From Candidatus Omnitrophota bacterium (GTDB taxonomy: Bacteria > Omnitrophota > Gorgyraeia > Gygaellales > Profunditerraquicolaceae), in contig JAQURX010000004.1 of assembly GCA_028715415.1 (NCBI GenBank), forward strand, positions 20,933 through 84,932: DNA of 64,000 bases. Reading direction: 5' to 3'. Made by a program: the position numbers and the translations under genes. The notes below the pieces were generated by a model. It made no database searches. It was not told the DNA's origin and saw only the letters and a list, made by a program, of their open reading frames with translations. Positions within the stretch are counted from its first letter, which is position 1. Each line of letters starts with the position of its first letter. Positions 47,351 to 57,737 of this stretch are shown piece after piece.

Positions 47351-49651
47351 TTATTTAGGAATGTTTTGAGTCCCGGGAGTCGGCGTACTGTAACTCTTAT
47401 TAAATTCAAATTCCATTTCAGGGAAAGCCTTAAGCCTAAAAATCAACCAAAATGTATTTCCATGATTATACCTGGAATTGAAAGTAAAATCTGCTTCCCA
47501 ACAATGTAAATCCCTTGTAATAGTATACTGTTGCTCCCTCATCCCTCTTTTAATACCCGGCTTATGCCCTCTCTCGCGAGTCTGGAAAAGCGAAACCTTC
47601 CATTTGGGATTAGCCCTCCAGTCAAAATTATATGTTATCCAATTTTGGCCTTTTCTTTCATAATGCTGGCTGATACCAAAACCTCGGTCTGTGCCAAAAT
47701 TGAAATTGACATCTAGATTAACATTGGCAAAACGGCCGTACCCTGAATCAGAACGGTTCCCTGAATGCTTGTACTTAGCGTCCGCACTTACTCTTAACCA
47801 AGAATAAGGGATCAAATCAAGATCAAAATCAATATCGGAGAAATTACTCCCCAGTTTATCTCCAGTTTTTGGTTTAATTATGTAAGGAGTTGAAACAAGG
47901 AAATTGACCAAATCAACACTTTGCCCATTTCTTTTTGTCTGTAATTTATTTGTTAAGCCAAGGGAGGCCTGATTAGTTTGAGTGATTGAATCAACTCCGT
48001 CTAACTGCCTTATCCTAGAATTAACTATAGTAGGCTGATGGTTATAACTATAACCTATGGTCGGGGTAATAACATGCCTTAAGCTATTGATATCCAACCC
48101 GATGAAATTTGTTTTTATATTAAATACTCTATAGAATTTCGTACTGATGTCAGACCCTGTTATAAGCATATTCCGGATTACCGCTTGGCCATAGACATCA
48201 TTGTCATAAAAAGTTTGCCTGCTTCCGACAAAAGGCGTAAAAGAAAAGATTGACACTTTCATAGGAAAAGAAAACTTATTAGTTGTATCAATCCTATTAA
48301 CGTGCGTATCAGGATTACCCGGATTCTTTAGGTTCAAATTGGCAGCAGTGGTATCATTTCCAAAATAAAACCGGGTTGAACCTAATTTAACAGAAGGCAG
48401 GGAAAATCTTGCCTCAGGAATCTTCTCTAAATAACTACTTGTATACCAGCTATTCGTCCTATTCTGCAAAATGATATCTAAAGAAGAATTGCTAAAATTG
48501 TGGTGCATTGAAGCATAGCTCGGAGGCTGTGAATCTATGTCATATTCATTGCGAAAATAATCTTTTAAAACATTAAAGTCCTGGCCAAGCATCTTTCTTT
48601 TTTGGTCTACAGTCTTATAGAATTCAAACATGGCATTAGTATTATCATCAATATCCCATTTATGCCGCCACCGTCCAAAATACCGGTTGAATTTATTAGG
48701 TGACCCATCAGGAAGCCCGCTTGGAGTTTCATGAGTATAATAGAATTTAAAATCACCCTTGCCAACCCAGGGAGTTTTATAGTTGGCTCCGAATCCTTCG
48801 GCTATGCCCATCTTCTGCCTGACATCAAAGAAAATCTGCCCATCCAAATTCTCATTAAGATTATACCTCCATGCACTTGTTACAAATTTTCCCCAATCCT
48901 TACTGCTTCCGGGAGTAACCTGCACATGCATAAAAGGGTCATGAAAACTCTTGCTGAACTGAGGCAAATATAAAAGAGGGACAGGGCCTATAAAAAAAGA
49001 TGCATCCTTCATCTGCACCCTATCTTTCATAAAGAAATCAACTTTTCTTGTCTTCATCTTCCAATGAGGCTGGTCAAAATTACAAGTTGTCATGTAACCT
49101 CTATGAGAAATAAACTCATTGTCATCAACCTTAACTACACTTTCAGACTTACCAAAATAAGGATTAGCCCTAAAAGCCGCATCAAGTATTATCCCGGTTT
49201 TATTCTCAAAGTTATAACTAATCTTCTCTCCTTCTATTTCTCCCTTTTTGTCCTCAAGCCGGGCTTTTCCTTCCGCTTGCCCTTCTTTTGTCTGGGTATT
49301 TAAAGTAAGTTTTTGACAAGTAAGTTTTGCGCCTTTATAAACCACCTCTACATTGCCCGTGATAACCACTTCTCTGCTATCGGTTAAATATTCAACCCTG
49401 TCTCCGTTTAAAGTAATTGGCTCGATGTTAACGCCTTTGGAAGGAATATCTATGGCATTTTCCTGCACGGCTAGAGGTGTTGCTATTTGTTCAACATTAT
49501 CAGCGGCTACCTCAACGATAGGTTTTTGTTCTTCTGCGGGTTTTTCCTGAGCTAAACAAAGATTTCCAAGAATAAAAACAGATAACACACTAACTACGCT
49601 TGGTATTACCTTAATCTTGAATTTTAAATTTGAGCTTCTATTAATTATCAT
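47351..49651 (-). CDS. lptD: LPS-assembly outer-membrane protein LptD (OstA)
   Basis: Signal peptide, N-terminal OstA-like domain (VVITGNVEVVYKGAKLTCQKLTL), the hallmark GYMTTCNFDQPHWKM motif, and a long beta-rich C-terminus. 766 aa. Confidence 0.8.
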   Translation of the reverse strand: MIINRSSNLKFKIKVIPSVVSVLSVFILGNLCLAQEKPAEEQKPIVEVAADNVEQIATPLAVQENAIDIPSKGVNIEPITLNGDRVEYLTDSREVVITGNVEVVYKGAKLTCQKLTLNTQTKEGQAEGKARLEDKKGEIEGEKISYNFENKTGIILDAAFRANPYFGKSESVVKVDDNEFISHRGYMTTCNFDQPHWKMKTRKVDFFMKDRVQMKDASFFIGPVPLLYLPQFSKSFHDPFMHVQVTPGSSKDWGKFVTSAWRYNLNENLDGQIFFDVRQKMGIAEGFGANYKTPWVGKGDFKFYYTHETPSGLPDGSPNKFNRYFGRWRHKWDIDDNTNAMFEFYKTVDQKRKMLGQDFNVLKDYFRNEYDIDSQPPSYASMHHNFSNSSLDIILQNRTNSWYTSSYLEKIPEARFSLPSVKLGSTRFYFGNDTTAANLNLKNPGNPDTHVNRIDTTNKFSFPMKVSIFSFTPFVGSRQTFYDNDVYGQAVIRNMLITGSDISTKFYRVFNIKTNFIGLDINSLRHVITPTIGYSYNHQPTIVNSRIRQLDGVDSITQTNQASLGLTNKLQTKRNGQSVDLVNFLVSTPYIIKPKTGDKLGSNFSDIDFDLDLIPYSWLRVSADAKYKHSGNRSDSGYGRFANVNLDVNFNFGTDRGFGISQHYERKGQNWITYNFDWRANPKWKVSLFQTRERGHKPGIKRGMREQQYTITRDLHCWEADFTFNSRYNHGNTFWLIFRLKAFPEMEFEFNKSYSTPTPGTQNIPK

Positions 49652-50298
49652 TATTTCTGAGGGATCTTTTTATAATCTTCTAAGAATCTTGCAATTCCAA
49701 TATCCGTTAAAGGATGTTTAATCAATTGTTCAATAACCGCAAACGGAATAGTAGAAATATGGGCTCCAATTTTTGCGGCATTAACAACATGCATAGGATT
49801 ACGCACTGAAGCAACAATAATCTGTGTTGCAAAATTATAATTTGAATAAATCTGCTTTATATCTGCAATCAACTGCATGCCTTCCTGGCTTATGTTATCA
49901 AGCCTGCCTATAAAAGGCGATATATAAGTAGCGCCGCACTTAGCAGCTAATAAAGCCTGAGAAGGAGAAAAACAAAGAGTAACATTGGTTTTAATGCCTT
50001 CATCGGATAAAATTTTAACTGCTTTTAAGCCTTCCTTAACAAGAGGCACCTTTATAACAATATTTTTAGCTATCTTGACCAATTCTCTTGCTTCCTTAAC
50101 CATTCCCTGTGCTTCAAGGCTGATAACTTCAGCGCTGACCGGGCCAGCTACCAAAGAACAAATTTCTTTTAAAACATCTATTGAAGGCTTTTTTTCTTTA
50201 GCGATTAATGATGGATTAGTTGTTACCCCATCAATAACACCCAGGCTTATCGCTTCTTTTATCTCAAGGACATTGGCAGTATCAATAAAAATTTTCAT
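49651..50298 (-). CDS. tal: Transaldolase / fructose-6-phosphate aldolase family (start corrected to [20 protein letters not shown])
   Basis: [33 protein letters not shown] is the canonical short transaldolase (type 3B) N-terminus. Confidence 0.85.
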   Translation of the reverse strand: MKIFIDTANVLEIKEAISLGVIDGVTTNPSLIAKEKKPSIDVLKEICSLVAGPVSAEVISLEAQGMVKEARELVKIAKNIVIKVPLVKEGLKAVKILSDEGIKTNVTLCFSPSQALLAAKCGATYISPFIGRLDNISQEGMQLIADIKQIYSNYNFATQIIVASVRNPMHVVNAAKIGAHISTIPFAVIEQLIKHPLTDIGIARFLEDYKKIPQK

Positions 50299-50302
50299 AT
50301 GA

Positions 50303-51223
50303 TTAAAAACCCTCCCTAGCAAGAATGGCTGCCCCAATAAAACCCGCTTCATTTCCTAATTTAGCTTTTAAAACTTTAACGTGTTTTGCCTGAACATGCA
50401 TTCCACGCGATCTTATTGTTTTTCTTACCTCATCAAATAAAATCTTTCCGGCCTTTGATACTCCCCCGCCAATTACAACAGCATCAAGATTCAATATATT
50501 CGTTACTCCAGTTAAAGCCAAACCTAAACAAAAACCCACCCTCTTCCAAACATCAATTGCAAGCTTATTTTGTTTTTTAGCTAATAAACTAACTTCTTCA
50601 AGGGTGATATTGCGTTTAAATACTTTTCTAGCAAATTCTTGGATTCTTGAATTGCCAATATATGTTTCAAGGCAAGCCTTCCCGCCACAATTGCATTTCG
50701 GGCCATCTTCATTTAAAAGCAAATGCCCAATTTCACCCGCAGCATTATTTGTCCCGCGAAAGATTTTCCCATCAAGGATAAAAGCTCCGCCAACACCGGT
50801 GCCCAACGTAAGGCAAAGCGAATTCTTAAATTTTCTTGCGCTTCCTAATTTAAACTCAGCAAGAGTCATAACCTTAACATCATTATCTATAAAAACTTTC
50901 AGTGCCAGCTTCTTTTCCAAAATATTCCTAAGCTTTACATTTCTCCAGCCAGCTATGTTAGTAAGGGAATGCACCACCCCGTGCTCAGCATCAATTGGCC
51001 CGGGCAAACCAATCCCAATTGCATAGATATCTTTTTTATTTAAATAATTATCTTTGATGATTTTATTAACTAAATAACAGATTGCGTTAATCAGTTTCTC
51101 TTTGTTATTATAACTCTGTGTAGGAAGGAATTGTTTGGATTTAATCTTGTAATTTAAATCCAAGAGGGCTACTTTTAAATTTGTGCCGCCTAAATCTATT
51201 CCTATTAAATATCTAGCTGCCAT
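50303..51223 (-). CDS. ROK-family glucokinase
   Basis: [14 protein letters not shown] start. ROK zinc motif CNCGGKAC ... GHL. 306 aa. Confidence 0.8.
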   Translation of the reverse strand: MAARYLIGIDLGGTNLKVALLDLNYKIKSKQFLPTQSYNNKEKLINAICYLVNKIIKDNYLNKKDIYAIGIGLPGPIDAEHGVVHSLTNIAGWRNVKLRNILEKKLALKVFIDNDVKVMTLAEFKLGSARKFKNSLCLTLGTGVGGAFILDGKIFRGTNNAAGEIGHLLLNEDGPKCNCGGKACLETYIGNSRIQEFARKVFKRNITLEEVSLLAKKQNKLAIDVWKRVGFCLGLALTGVTNILNLDAVVIGGGVSKAGKILFDEVRKTIRSRGMHVQAKHVKVLKAKLGNEAGFIGAAILAREGF

Positions 51224-51411
51224 ATCTAAGAATTATGATACCTTTAAAGTTGCCTTAAATTGTTAAATTATTAAATTAAGGTATTTTATCCTAAAATCAA
51301 ACCAATTGCAATAGTTATAGTTAGTGAGGCCACAATTTACGGAAGAGCCGAAGGCGATGAACGTAAATTGTATGGCCGAACTAATCCCGCAAGCTTTTTG
51401 CGGGATAGCTA

Positions 51412-52410
51412 TCAATTATTATTTGGATACAGGCAAACTCTGTTCTTACCTGAATGCTTTGCCATATACAAAGCCTTATCAGCGTTCTCTATCAAACGTT
51501 CCGGATTTGCAGCGCTATTTGGGAAGGCTGCAATTCCTATGCTTACCGTAATCATAATCTCTTCATCGTAAATCTTGATCTTCCTTGATTCAATTTCCTT
51601 CCTGATACGCTCTGAGGCAAGGCGGGCTTGCTCAATACTAGTTTCAGTCAGCCCAATAGCAATCTCCTCTCCTCCATACCTGCCTACAAAATCCACCTGC
51701 CTTATATTCTCTTTTATAATCCTTGAAACTTCCCTTAAGATCGCGTCTCCCACCAAATGGCCGAAATGGTCATTATATGATTTAAAATTATCAATATCTA
51801 CCATTAAGAAAGAAAGATTAAGCCTAAGCTTCTTTGAACGCTTAAATTCTTCAAAAAACCTTTCCAAGAAGTATCTCCGGTTAAAAACTTTAGTCAAGGA
51901 ATCTATAATGGTCATTTCCTGAATCTTTTTATAAAGTTGTATCCTTTTATACCCAAGAAGAAACTGATGCGCTAATATATCGAACTTCTCCATATCTTCT
52001 TTTGATAAATTATTTACTGCAAGATACGCGTAAGTTTTTCTCTGTAAAACAAGAGGGAATAAAGTATATTTTTTGTATTTAGCAACATCTGCTTCTTCTT
52101 TAATAAACACACAATCATCAATATTAATAAACTTCTTGATATTATCTTTAAAAAACACAAACATCTTGTCTTCATCCAGAGTTTTGTTAATAGCTTTTGT
52201 GATATCATACAAGGCAATAATTTCGTAAGCTTTATTATCCAGGAAAATATTTTCTTTCTTTACTAATTCATTTTTACTGCTCACCTCTTCAAATTCACGC
52301 TTAATCTTTTCATGAAGGCAAAGTTCTTTGCTAAACCTTGCATTAAGCTCTCTATCCAAATGAAAATACAAAATTATGGTTAATATAATTAAAAAGATTA
52401 CTAACACCAA
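51412..52410 (-). CDS. Membrane-anchored diguanylate cyclase (GGDEF)
   Basis: N-terminal TM helix. GGDEF core DSLTKVFNRRYF ... MVDIDNFKSYND ... RYGGEEIAIGL. Confidence 0.8.
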   Translation of the reverse strand: MVLVIFLIILTIILYFHLDRELNARFSKELCLHEKIKREFEEVSSKNELVKKENIFLDNKAYEIIALYDITKAINKTLDEDKMFVFFKDNIKKFINIDDCVFIKEEADVAKYKKYTLFPLVLQRKTYAYLAVNNLSKEDMEKFDILAHQFLLGYKRIQLYKKIQEMTIIDSLTKVFNRRYFLERFFEEFKRSKKLRLNLSFLMVDIDNFKSYNDHFGHLVGDAILREVSRIIKENIRQVDFVGRYGGEEIAIGLTETSIEQARLASERIRKEIESRKIKIYDEEIMITVSIGIAAFPNSAANPERLIENADKALYMAKHSGKNRVCLYPNNN

Positions 52411-52425
52411 AACATTCTCCTTGCC

Positions 52426-53790
52426 TTAGGCAGAAACTACCCTGTTTCTTCCATTCTGTTTTGCTTCATACATGGCGCAATCAGCTTTTTTTATCAAACC
52501 GTCTTCATCGGACGCATCAGACGGGAAACTTGCAACCCCTATTGAAACACTAATATGAGTTTCCTGCCTTCTTAACACAATTTTCTCATCCCTGATTTCT
52601 TCGCAGAGTTTTGTTGCTATTTCAAGAGCTTTATCTTTTTCCGTATCCGGAAGAATCACGCAAAATTCTTCTCCCCCAAAACGGCTTACTTCAGGGTTAT
52701 AATTTTTCAAGGAATCAACTATTTTTTGGCTAATTTTCTTTAATACAATATCTCCTGCAGAATGCCCATACAAATCGTTATAGTTCTTAAAATAATCAAC
52801 ATCCAGCATCAGCAAGGAAAAAGCTATATTCTGTCTTAAGCCTTTCTTGCATTTTTCCTTTAGATGCTCAATCAAATATCCTTTCGTAAACAACAAAGTC
52901 AAGCCGTCATGCATTGCTAATTGCTCTGTTTGCTGGTAAAATTCTCCATTTTCCAAAGCCACGGCCCCTAAATCGCAAATTGTAGAAAGCAGCCTTAAAT
53001 CATCTTGAGAATAAGCATTGGGTTTAGGATTATCAAGCCTCATTAATCCTAACAATCTATTTTCACTTACAAAGGGAGAGCTGATTAACGAAGAAACAAC
53101 ACGCCCTTCGCTATGCAAAACCAACTTTTCCAGGTCAAAACGAAAATCCTTTTTTATATCCTCAATTAAAAGAGGGTTCGAATGCCTTAATACCCAAAAA
53201 TCAAAAACATCCCCTTCCTTTTCTTTAACGATAAAATCTTTTTCTTTTTTTGTCTTAAAGAGGGTTGGTTTTTGCGTGTGGGGATCTACTAAGTACAAAA
53301 GGCAGACACCTTTATTGTTGGCTATAAGCGAAGAGGCGATATCAGCGAGTTTTTGACCAACAGTATCTAATTCCAGACTTTGATTAATAACTTCGGCTAC
53401 TTCTTTGAGGCGGTTATAACGGCTGATCTTCTCGTTTAAAGCCAGGTTATTTTTTATCTCAAGGGAATCTTCATGCAAGACAACATTCAGCTTCTCCTGG
53501 ATAACCTGCGTCCTATAAACAAGATTATACTTTTTGTCAATGTATCTTCTTAAGAATAAAGAAATAACAACTACTACCGCCAAAATATACAAGGCTGAAA
53601 TAATAAATGGATGCTGGCAAAATGCCACAATCAGAATCAAAGGAAGGATAAAATACAAAAAAACAAAAAATAAAAAAGGAAAGATTATTTTAAAGAAACT
53701 GGGGGATTGATTAATTCCAGAATTATCATTGTTGGTGGCCCGCTTTAAATTGCATTTCTTGTTATTTTTGAAAAATGCGGGTAATGGCAT
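52426..53790 (-). CDS. Membrane GAF-like sensor diguanylate cyclase (GGDEF)
   Basis: Two TM helices and a central GAF-like region. GGDEF core HDGLTLLFTKGY ... MLDVDYFKNYND ... RFGGEEFCVILP. Confidence 0.75.
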   Translation of the reverse strand: MPLPAFFKNNKKCNLKRATNNDNSGINQSPSFFKIIFPFLFFVFLYFILPLILIVAFCQHPFIISALYILAVVVVISLFLRRYIDKKYNLVYRTQVIQEKLNVVLHEDSLEIKNNLALNEKISRYNRLKEVAEVINQSLELDTVGQKLADIASSLIANNKGVCLLYLVDPHTQKPTLFKTKKEKDFIVKEKEGDVFDFWVLRHSNPLLIEDIKKDFRFDLEKLVLHSEGRVVSSLISSPFVSENRLLGLMRLDNPKPNAYSQDDLRLLSTICDLGAVALENGEFYQQTEQLAMHDGLTLLFTKGYLIEHLKEKCKKGLRQNIAFSLLMLDVDYFKNYNDLYGHSAGDIVLKKISQKIVDSLKNYNPEVSRFGGEEFCVILPDTEKDKALEIATKLCEEIRDEKIVLRRQETHISVSIGVASFPSDASDEDGLIKKADCAMYEAKQNGRNRVVSA

Positions 53791-53815
53791 AATTTCAACT
53801 ATGCTTTTTTATATA

Positions 53816-54919
53816 TTAACAAATTGTCTCTTCGGTGGTTTTATCAAAAAAATGGACTTTGCTCATATCAAAAACAACATCCAAATCCTGATTGACCTTT
53901 GGCTTATCATGTGCGCCGACACGGGCGATAAATGTATGCTTCCCCGTATTCAAATATAAATACACTTCTGAACCCATCGGTTCGTACACTTCGCAATTAA
54001 CCCTTACAATATTCTCGGGAGGAGCCTCTGAAACAAAAAGCTTATCGTAAATATCTTCAGAACGGATACCAAGAACTATTTCTTTACCTACATATTTTGC
54101 CAAAACCTTATACATATCCTCAACTATCTTTACAAAAACTTTCCCTTCGTCAAAATAGAGCTTTCCTTCTTTTTTGATAATTTTACCGGCCATAAAATTC
54201 ATTGGCGGCGAACCAATAAAGCCCGCGACAAATTTATTCTTAGGGTGGTCATAAATACTGATAGGATCTGCTACCTGCTGCAATAACCCGTCTTTCATCA
54301 CTGCAATCCTATCGCCCATAGTCATAGCTTCAACCTGGTCATGGGTTACATAAATAATTGTGGTTTGAAGGCGGATATGTAATTTATGAATCTCTGTGCG
54401 CATCTGAACTCTCATCTTCGCATCAAGATTGCTTAGCGGCTCATCAAACAAGAAAACCTTGGGTTTTCTTACTATTGCACGCCCTACCGCAACGCGCTGC
54501 CTTTCTCCGCCGGAGAGTTCTTTTGGTTTGCGGTGAAGAAGCCGCTTAATGCTTAAAATTTCAGCCGCATCATTAACTCTTTGAATTATTTCTTTTTTTG
54601 GGATATGGCGCAATTTAAGCCCAAATGACATATTCTCTAGAACTGTCATATGTGGATAAAGCGCATAATTCTGAAATACCATAGCGATGTCGCGGTCTTT
54701 TGCAGGAACGTCATTTACCCTCTTATCACCGATATAAACGTCCCCTTCGCTTATATCCTCCAACCCCGCAATCATCCTTAAAGTAGTAGACTTGCCGCAA
54801 CCTGAGGGGCCAACTAGAACCATGAATTCTTTATTCTCAATACCTAAATTGATTTGATCAACAGCACGGATTTGGCCCGAATAAATTTTTGAAACATCCT
54901 TTAAGCTTACTTGTGCCAT
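53816..54919 (-). CDS. ABC transporter ATP-binding protein, MalK/UgpC/MsmK-type (orphan; no permease or binding protein adjacent)
   Basis: Walker A GPSGCGKST, signature LSGGERQRVAVGRA, Walker B VFLFDEPLS, and a C-terminal TOBE/MalK regulatory domain. Confidence 0.85.
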   Translation of the reverse strand: MAQVSLKDVSKIYSGQIRAVDQINLGIENKEFMVLVGPSGCGKSTTLRMIAGLEDISEGDVYIGDKRVNDVPAKDRDIAMVFQNYALYPHMTVLENMSFGLKLRHIPKKEIIQRVNDAAEILSIKRLLHRKPKELSGGERQRVAVGRAIVRKPKVFLFDEPLSNLDAKMRVQMRTEIHKLHIRLQTTIIYVTHDQVEAMTMGDRIAVMKDGLLQQVADPISIYDHPKNKFVAGFIGSPPMNFMAGKIIKKEGKLYFDEGKVFVKIVEDMYKVLAKYVGKEIVLGIRSEDIYDKLFVSEAPPENIVRVNCEVYEPMGSEVYLYLNTGKHTFIARVGAHDKPKVNQDLDVVFDMSKVHFFDKTTEETIC

Positions 54920-54926
54920 TTTCTCA

Positions 54927-55766
54927 TCAACTCAGATAAACTAATAATTTAGCCAAAGTCTCTTTTAGATTTTTACGGTTTACTATCATATCAACCATAC
55001 CGTGCTCTAGAAGAAATTCAGAACGCTGAAATCCGGCGGGTAATTTATGCCTTATTGTCTGCTCAATAACGCGTGGCCCGGCAAACCCAATCAAAGCCTT
55101 AGGCTCAGCAATAATTATATCCCCGATACCAGCAAAAGAAGCCATAACTCCACCCATAGTTGGATTTGTCAATATAGAAATAAATGGGAGCTTAGCTTGT
55201 TTATGATAAGAAAGCGCAGCGCAGGTCTTCGCCATCTGCATAAGACTAAGTATACCTTCATACATTCTTGCCCCTCCCCCGGAACCGGAAACAATTATAA
55301 GAGGCAGTTTATTTTTAGTTGCAGCTTCTATCGCACGGGAAATCTTCTCCCCGACTACAGAACCCATAGAACCCATTATAAAGCGTGAATCAGTAACACA
55401 GATGATTACATTTTTTTTATCTAACAGGCCTTCCCCGGAGACAACAGCATCTTTAAGCCCTGTTGACTTTTGGTCCGCAGCTAATTTATCTTTATAAGTC
55501 TTTGGCCCTTTAAAATCCAAAGGATCAGCTGAAATTAAATCTTTGTCAAATTCTTTAAAGCTGTCTTTATCAAGAATTGAATCAAGGCGTTCATAGGCAG
55601 TCAGAGGAAAATGATAGCTGCATTTTGGGCAAACCTTAAGGTTCTCCTCCAATGTTTTATTATACAAAGCCTCGGAACAATTCTCGCATTTTGTCCAAAG
55701 CCCATCGGGAATTTCTTTTTTCTTTAAGCGGACTATCGTGTATTTTGGCTTTCCAAACAGTGCCAT
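54927..55766 (-). CDS. accD: Acetyl-CoA carboxylase carboxyltransferase beta subunit
   Basis: N-terminal zinc ribbon CENCSEALYNKTLEENLKVCPKCSYHF followed by the carboxyltransferase fold. Confidence 0.9.
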   Translation of the reverse strand: MALFGKPKYTIVRLKKKEIPDGLWTKCENCSEALYNKTLEENLKVCPKCSYHFPLTAYERLDSILDKDSFKEFDKDLISADPLDFKGPKTYKDKLAADQKSTGLKDAVVSGEGLLDKKNVIICVTDSRFIMGSMGSVVGEKISRAIEAATKNKLPLIIVSGSGGGARMYEGILSLMQMAKTCAALSYHKQAKLPFISILTNPTMGGVMASFAGIGDIIIAEPKALIGFAGPRVIEQTIRHKLPAGFQRSEFLLEHGMVDMIVNRKNLKETLAKLLVYLS

Positions 55767-55768
55767 AT

Positions 55769-57082
55769 TTATTCCTTATCTTCCTTAAATTTATGAATAA
55801 GCAAACCCGAAAGCACCTTAGGATAAAAGAAAGTTGATTTGGCAGGCATCTTGTTTCCATTTAATGCGACAGAAATTATCTGCTGCATCTTAACCGGGTT
55901 TAAGAAGAATGCGACATATTTGCTGTTTGCGTCCACTTCCTCAATAAATTTCTCCGCATCGTTGCTGAATGTGAGATTTTCATGATTATCGATTTCTTCT
56001 AATTTAAACCCAAAAGCATTTCTTAGAATTAAATAATTAAGGATTGAGACATCCAAAGACCTTGATTCTTTTGGCTTGTCAGAAATAACCTTATCAAGCA
56101 TTTTAACATTTTTTAATCTTAATAACCAAAACTTTTTATCCTTATACATACCCAACACATGCTCTGAATTGCCGCATTTTTCCAAAAGAAAGAAAAACCT
56201 GGTTTTATCTTTAATTTCTTCAATATCAAAATAATCCTTAATATTCGCTTTAAAATTTTCTAAATCAAACTTGGTTTCCATCTTTACAAGGCGATGAATC
56301 GGTAAAATCGTAAGCCCGCGAAGGTCGGTATTCGTAAAATAAGCTAAGACATAATTAAAACTCTCATCCCCGGTAAGTTTTCCAAGCTTCTGCCTCATCT
56401 CCTCACGATAATTACAAGCAACTTCATAGCGATGATGGCCGTCGGCAATAAATATATTCTCATCCTCCATACCTGATTGAATCAAATCAATCTGTTCGGG
56501 GGAATCCAGCCTCCAGATTTTATGCACGCATTTATCCCTATCGGTTACTTCAATAAAAGGTTCTTTATTTTGGATATGCTGACGGTATAAACGCTGAATT
56601 ACGCGTTTATTATCTGCAAAAATAGCAAATATCGGGCTTAAATTAGCTTTCACCTGCCTTAAAAGTTTAAACCTGTCTTCTTTGGGGCCGGTCCGGGTAT
56701 GTTCATGCCCAAAAACCCCAGCGCTCCTCTCAGGGAGACGTAAAAGAGATATAAACCCAAGCCTTACCTTTGTCTCACCTTTAATCTTATATTGATGGCT
56801 GTAAAAATATATCGCGGGAGACTTATCTTGAACCAACACCTCTTCTTTTATCCAATCCCTGAAGCATTCAGCTGAAGCCTTATACTTGTCTTCAATGCTT
56901 GAATCTTTTCTAAATAATACGTGAATAAAATTATGCGGGTCTGCTTCAAGATAATATTTCTGGTCGGCTGGAGAAATTACATCATATGGAGGACAGACAA
57001 CTTTGGACAAATTCTTGTTCTTATCTTGATTAAAAATTAAAGCTGAAAAAGGAAGTATTTTAGTCATTAAATTATCCTGCAA
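55769..57082 (-). CDS. DUF1015-family conserved protein (function unknown)
   Basis: The VFGHEHTRTGPKEDRFKLL and IADGHHRYEV blocks match what I recall of the DUF1015 family. 437 aa. Confidence 0.45.
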   Translation of the reverse strand: MQDNLMTKILPFSALIFNQDKNKNLSKVVCPPYDVISPADQKYYLEADPHNFIHVLFRKDSSIEDKYKASAECFRDWIKEEVLVQDKSPAIYFYSHQYKIKGETKVRLGFISLLRLPERSAGVFGHEHTRTGPKEDRFKLLRQVKANLSPIFAIFADNKRVIQRLYRQHIQNKEPFIEVTDRDKCVHKIWRLDSPEQIDLIQSGMEDENIFIADGHHRYEVACNYREEMRQKLGKLTGDESFNYVLAYFTNTDLRGLTILPIHRLVKMETKFDLENFKANIKDYFDIEEIKDKTRFFFLLEKCGNSEHVLGMYKDKKFWLLRLKNVKMLDKVISDKPKESRSLDVSILNYLILRNAFGFKLEEIDNHENLTFSNDAEKFIEEVDANSKYVAFFLNPVKMQQIISVALNGNKMPAKSTFFYPKVLSGLLIHKFKEDKE

Positions 57083-57446
57083 CTTTCTTTAAATTAAATA
57101 GTGGAAAAAATGTCCCCCCGATTAAAGCACCAAAACCGTCAATAAACACATCCAACCCGGAACAATACCGGTTTGGAACAAACAACTGGTGGTATTCGTC
57201 GCTGACTCCGTAAGTAACTCCAAAAAGACAGGTAAAAACAGCAAGGCTAATTAACGTTACGTTTAAATAAGAAGTCTTTAGTGCGCGCGCAAAAAACAAA
57301 CCAAGGACAAAATAAGCAAGAAAATGGAATATCGTATCCTGATAAGTTACCACATGAGGGATTTTCTGTCCGGGAATTGAAGAAGCATAGAATATTGCTC
57401 CCATGCCAATTAAAACCGGCAGCCAAAGATTTAAGATCTTTTTCAT
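57072..57446 (-). CDS. VanZ-like family membrane protein
   Basis: 124 aa with four hydrophobic helices. VSDEYHQLFVPNR is the conserved VanZ E-x-x-Q block. Confidence 0.6.
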   Translation of the reverse strand: MKKILNLWLPVLIGMGAIFYASSIPGQKIPHVVTYQDTIFHFLAYFVLGLFFARALKTSYLNVTLISLAVFTCLFGVTYGVSDEYHQLFVPNRYCSGLDVFIDGFGALIGGTFFPLFNLKKVAG

Positions 57447-57454
57447 AACTTTTA

Positions 57455-57721
57455 CTATTTGCTATGCGGGCACGAACCGCATCCGTCATGCGACTTAGGG
57501 CAACTACCAGTATTTTTCTTGTGCTCTTGTGCGCTTGTGCTCTTTTTGTAGTCTGTCGCGTAGAAACCAGAACCTTTAAAAATTATCCCTGCGCCGCTTC
57601 CTATAAGCCGTTTTACTTTTTTATTGCACTCGGGGCATTTTTTTAACGGTTCGTCGCTCATTTTCTGGAATTTTTCAAATTTATGTCCGCAAGACAAACA
57701 TTCATAATCATAAGTAGGCAT
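57455..57721 (-). CDS. FmdB-family zinc ribbon protein
   Basis: MPTYDYECLSCGHKFE ... CPECN is the FmdB signature. The C-terminal tail carries an additional CxxxxxC. Confidence 0.7.
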   Translation of the reverse strand: MPTYDYECLSCGHKFEKFQKMSDEPLKKCPECNKKVKRLIGSGAGIIFKGSGFYATDYKKSTSAQEHKKNTGSCPKSHDGCGSCPHSK

Positions 57722-57737
57722 TATTTCTCCTGTATTC

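Noticed and set aside
51324-51571. Two overlapping plus-strand ORFs (75 and 67 aa) in the GGDEF / ROK-kinase spacer
   Set aside because: They span the hairpin-rich spacer and run into the antisense of the GGDEF gene. They have no RBS and poor composition. The region is better explained as structured non-coding sequence.
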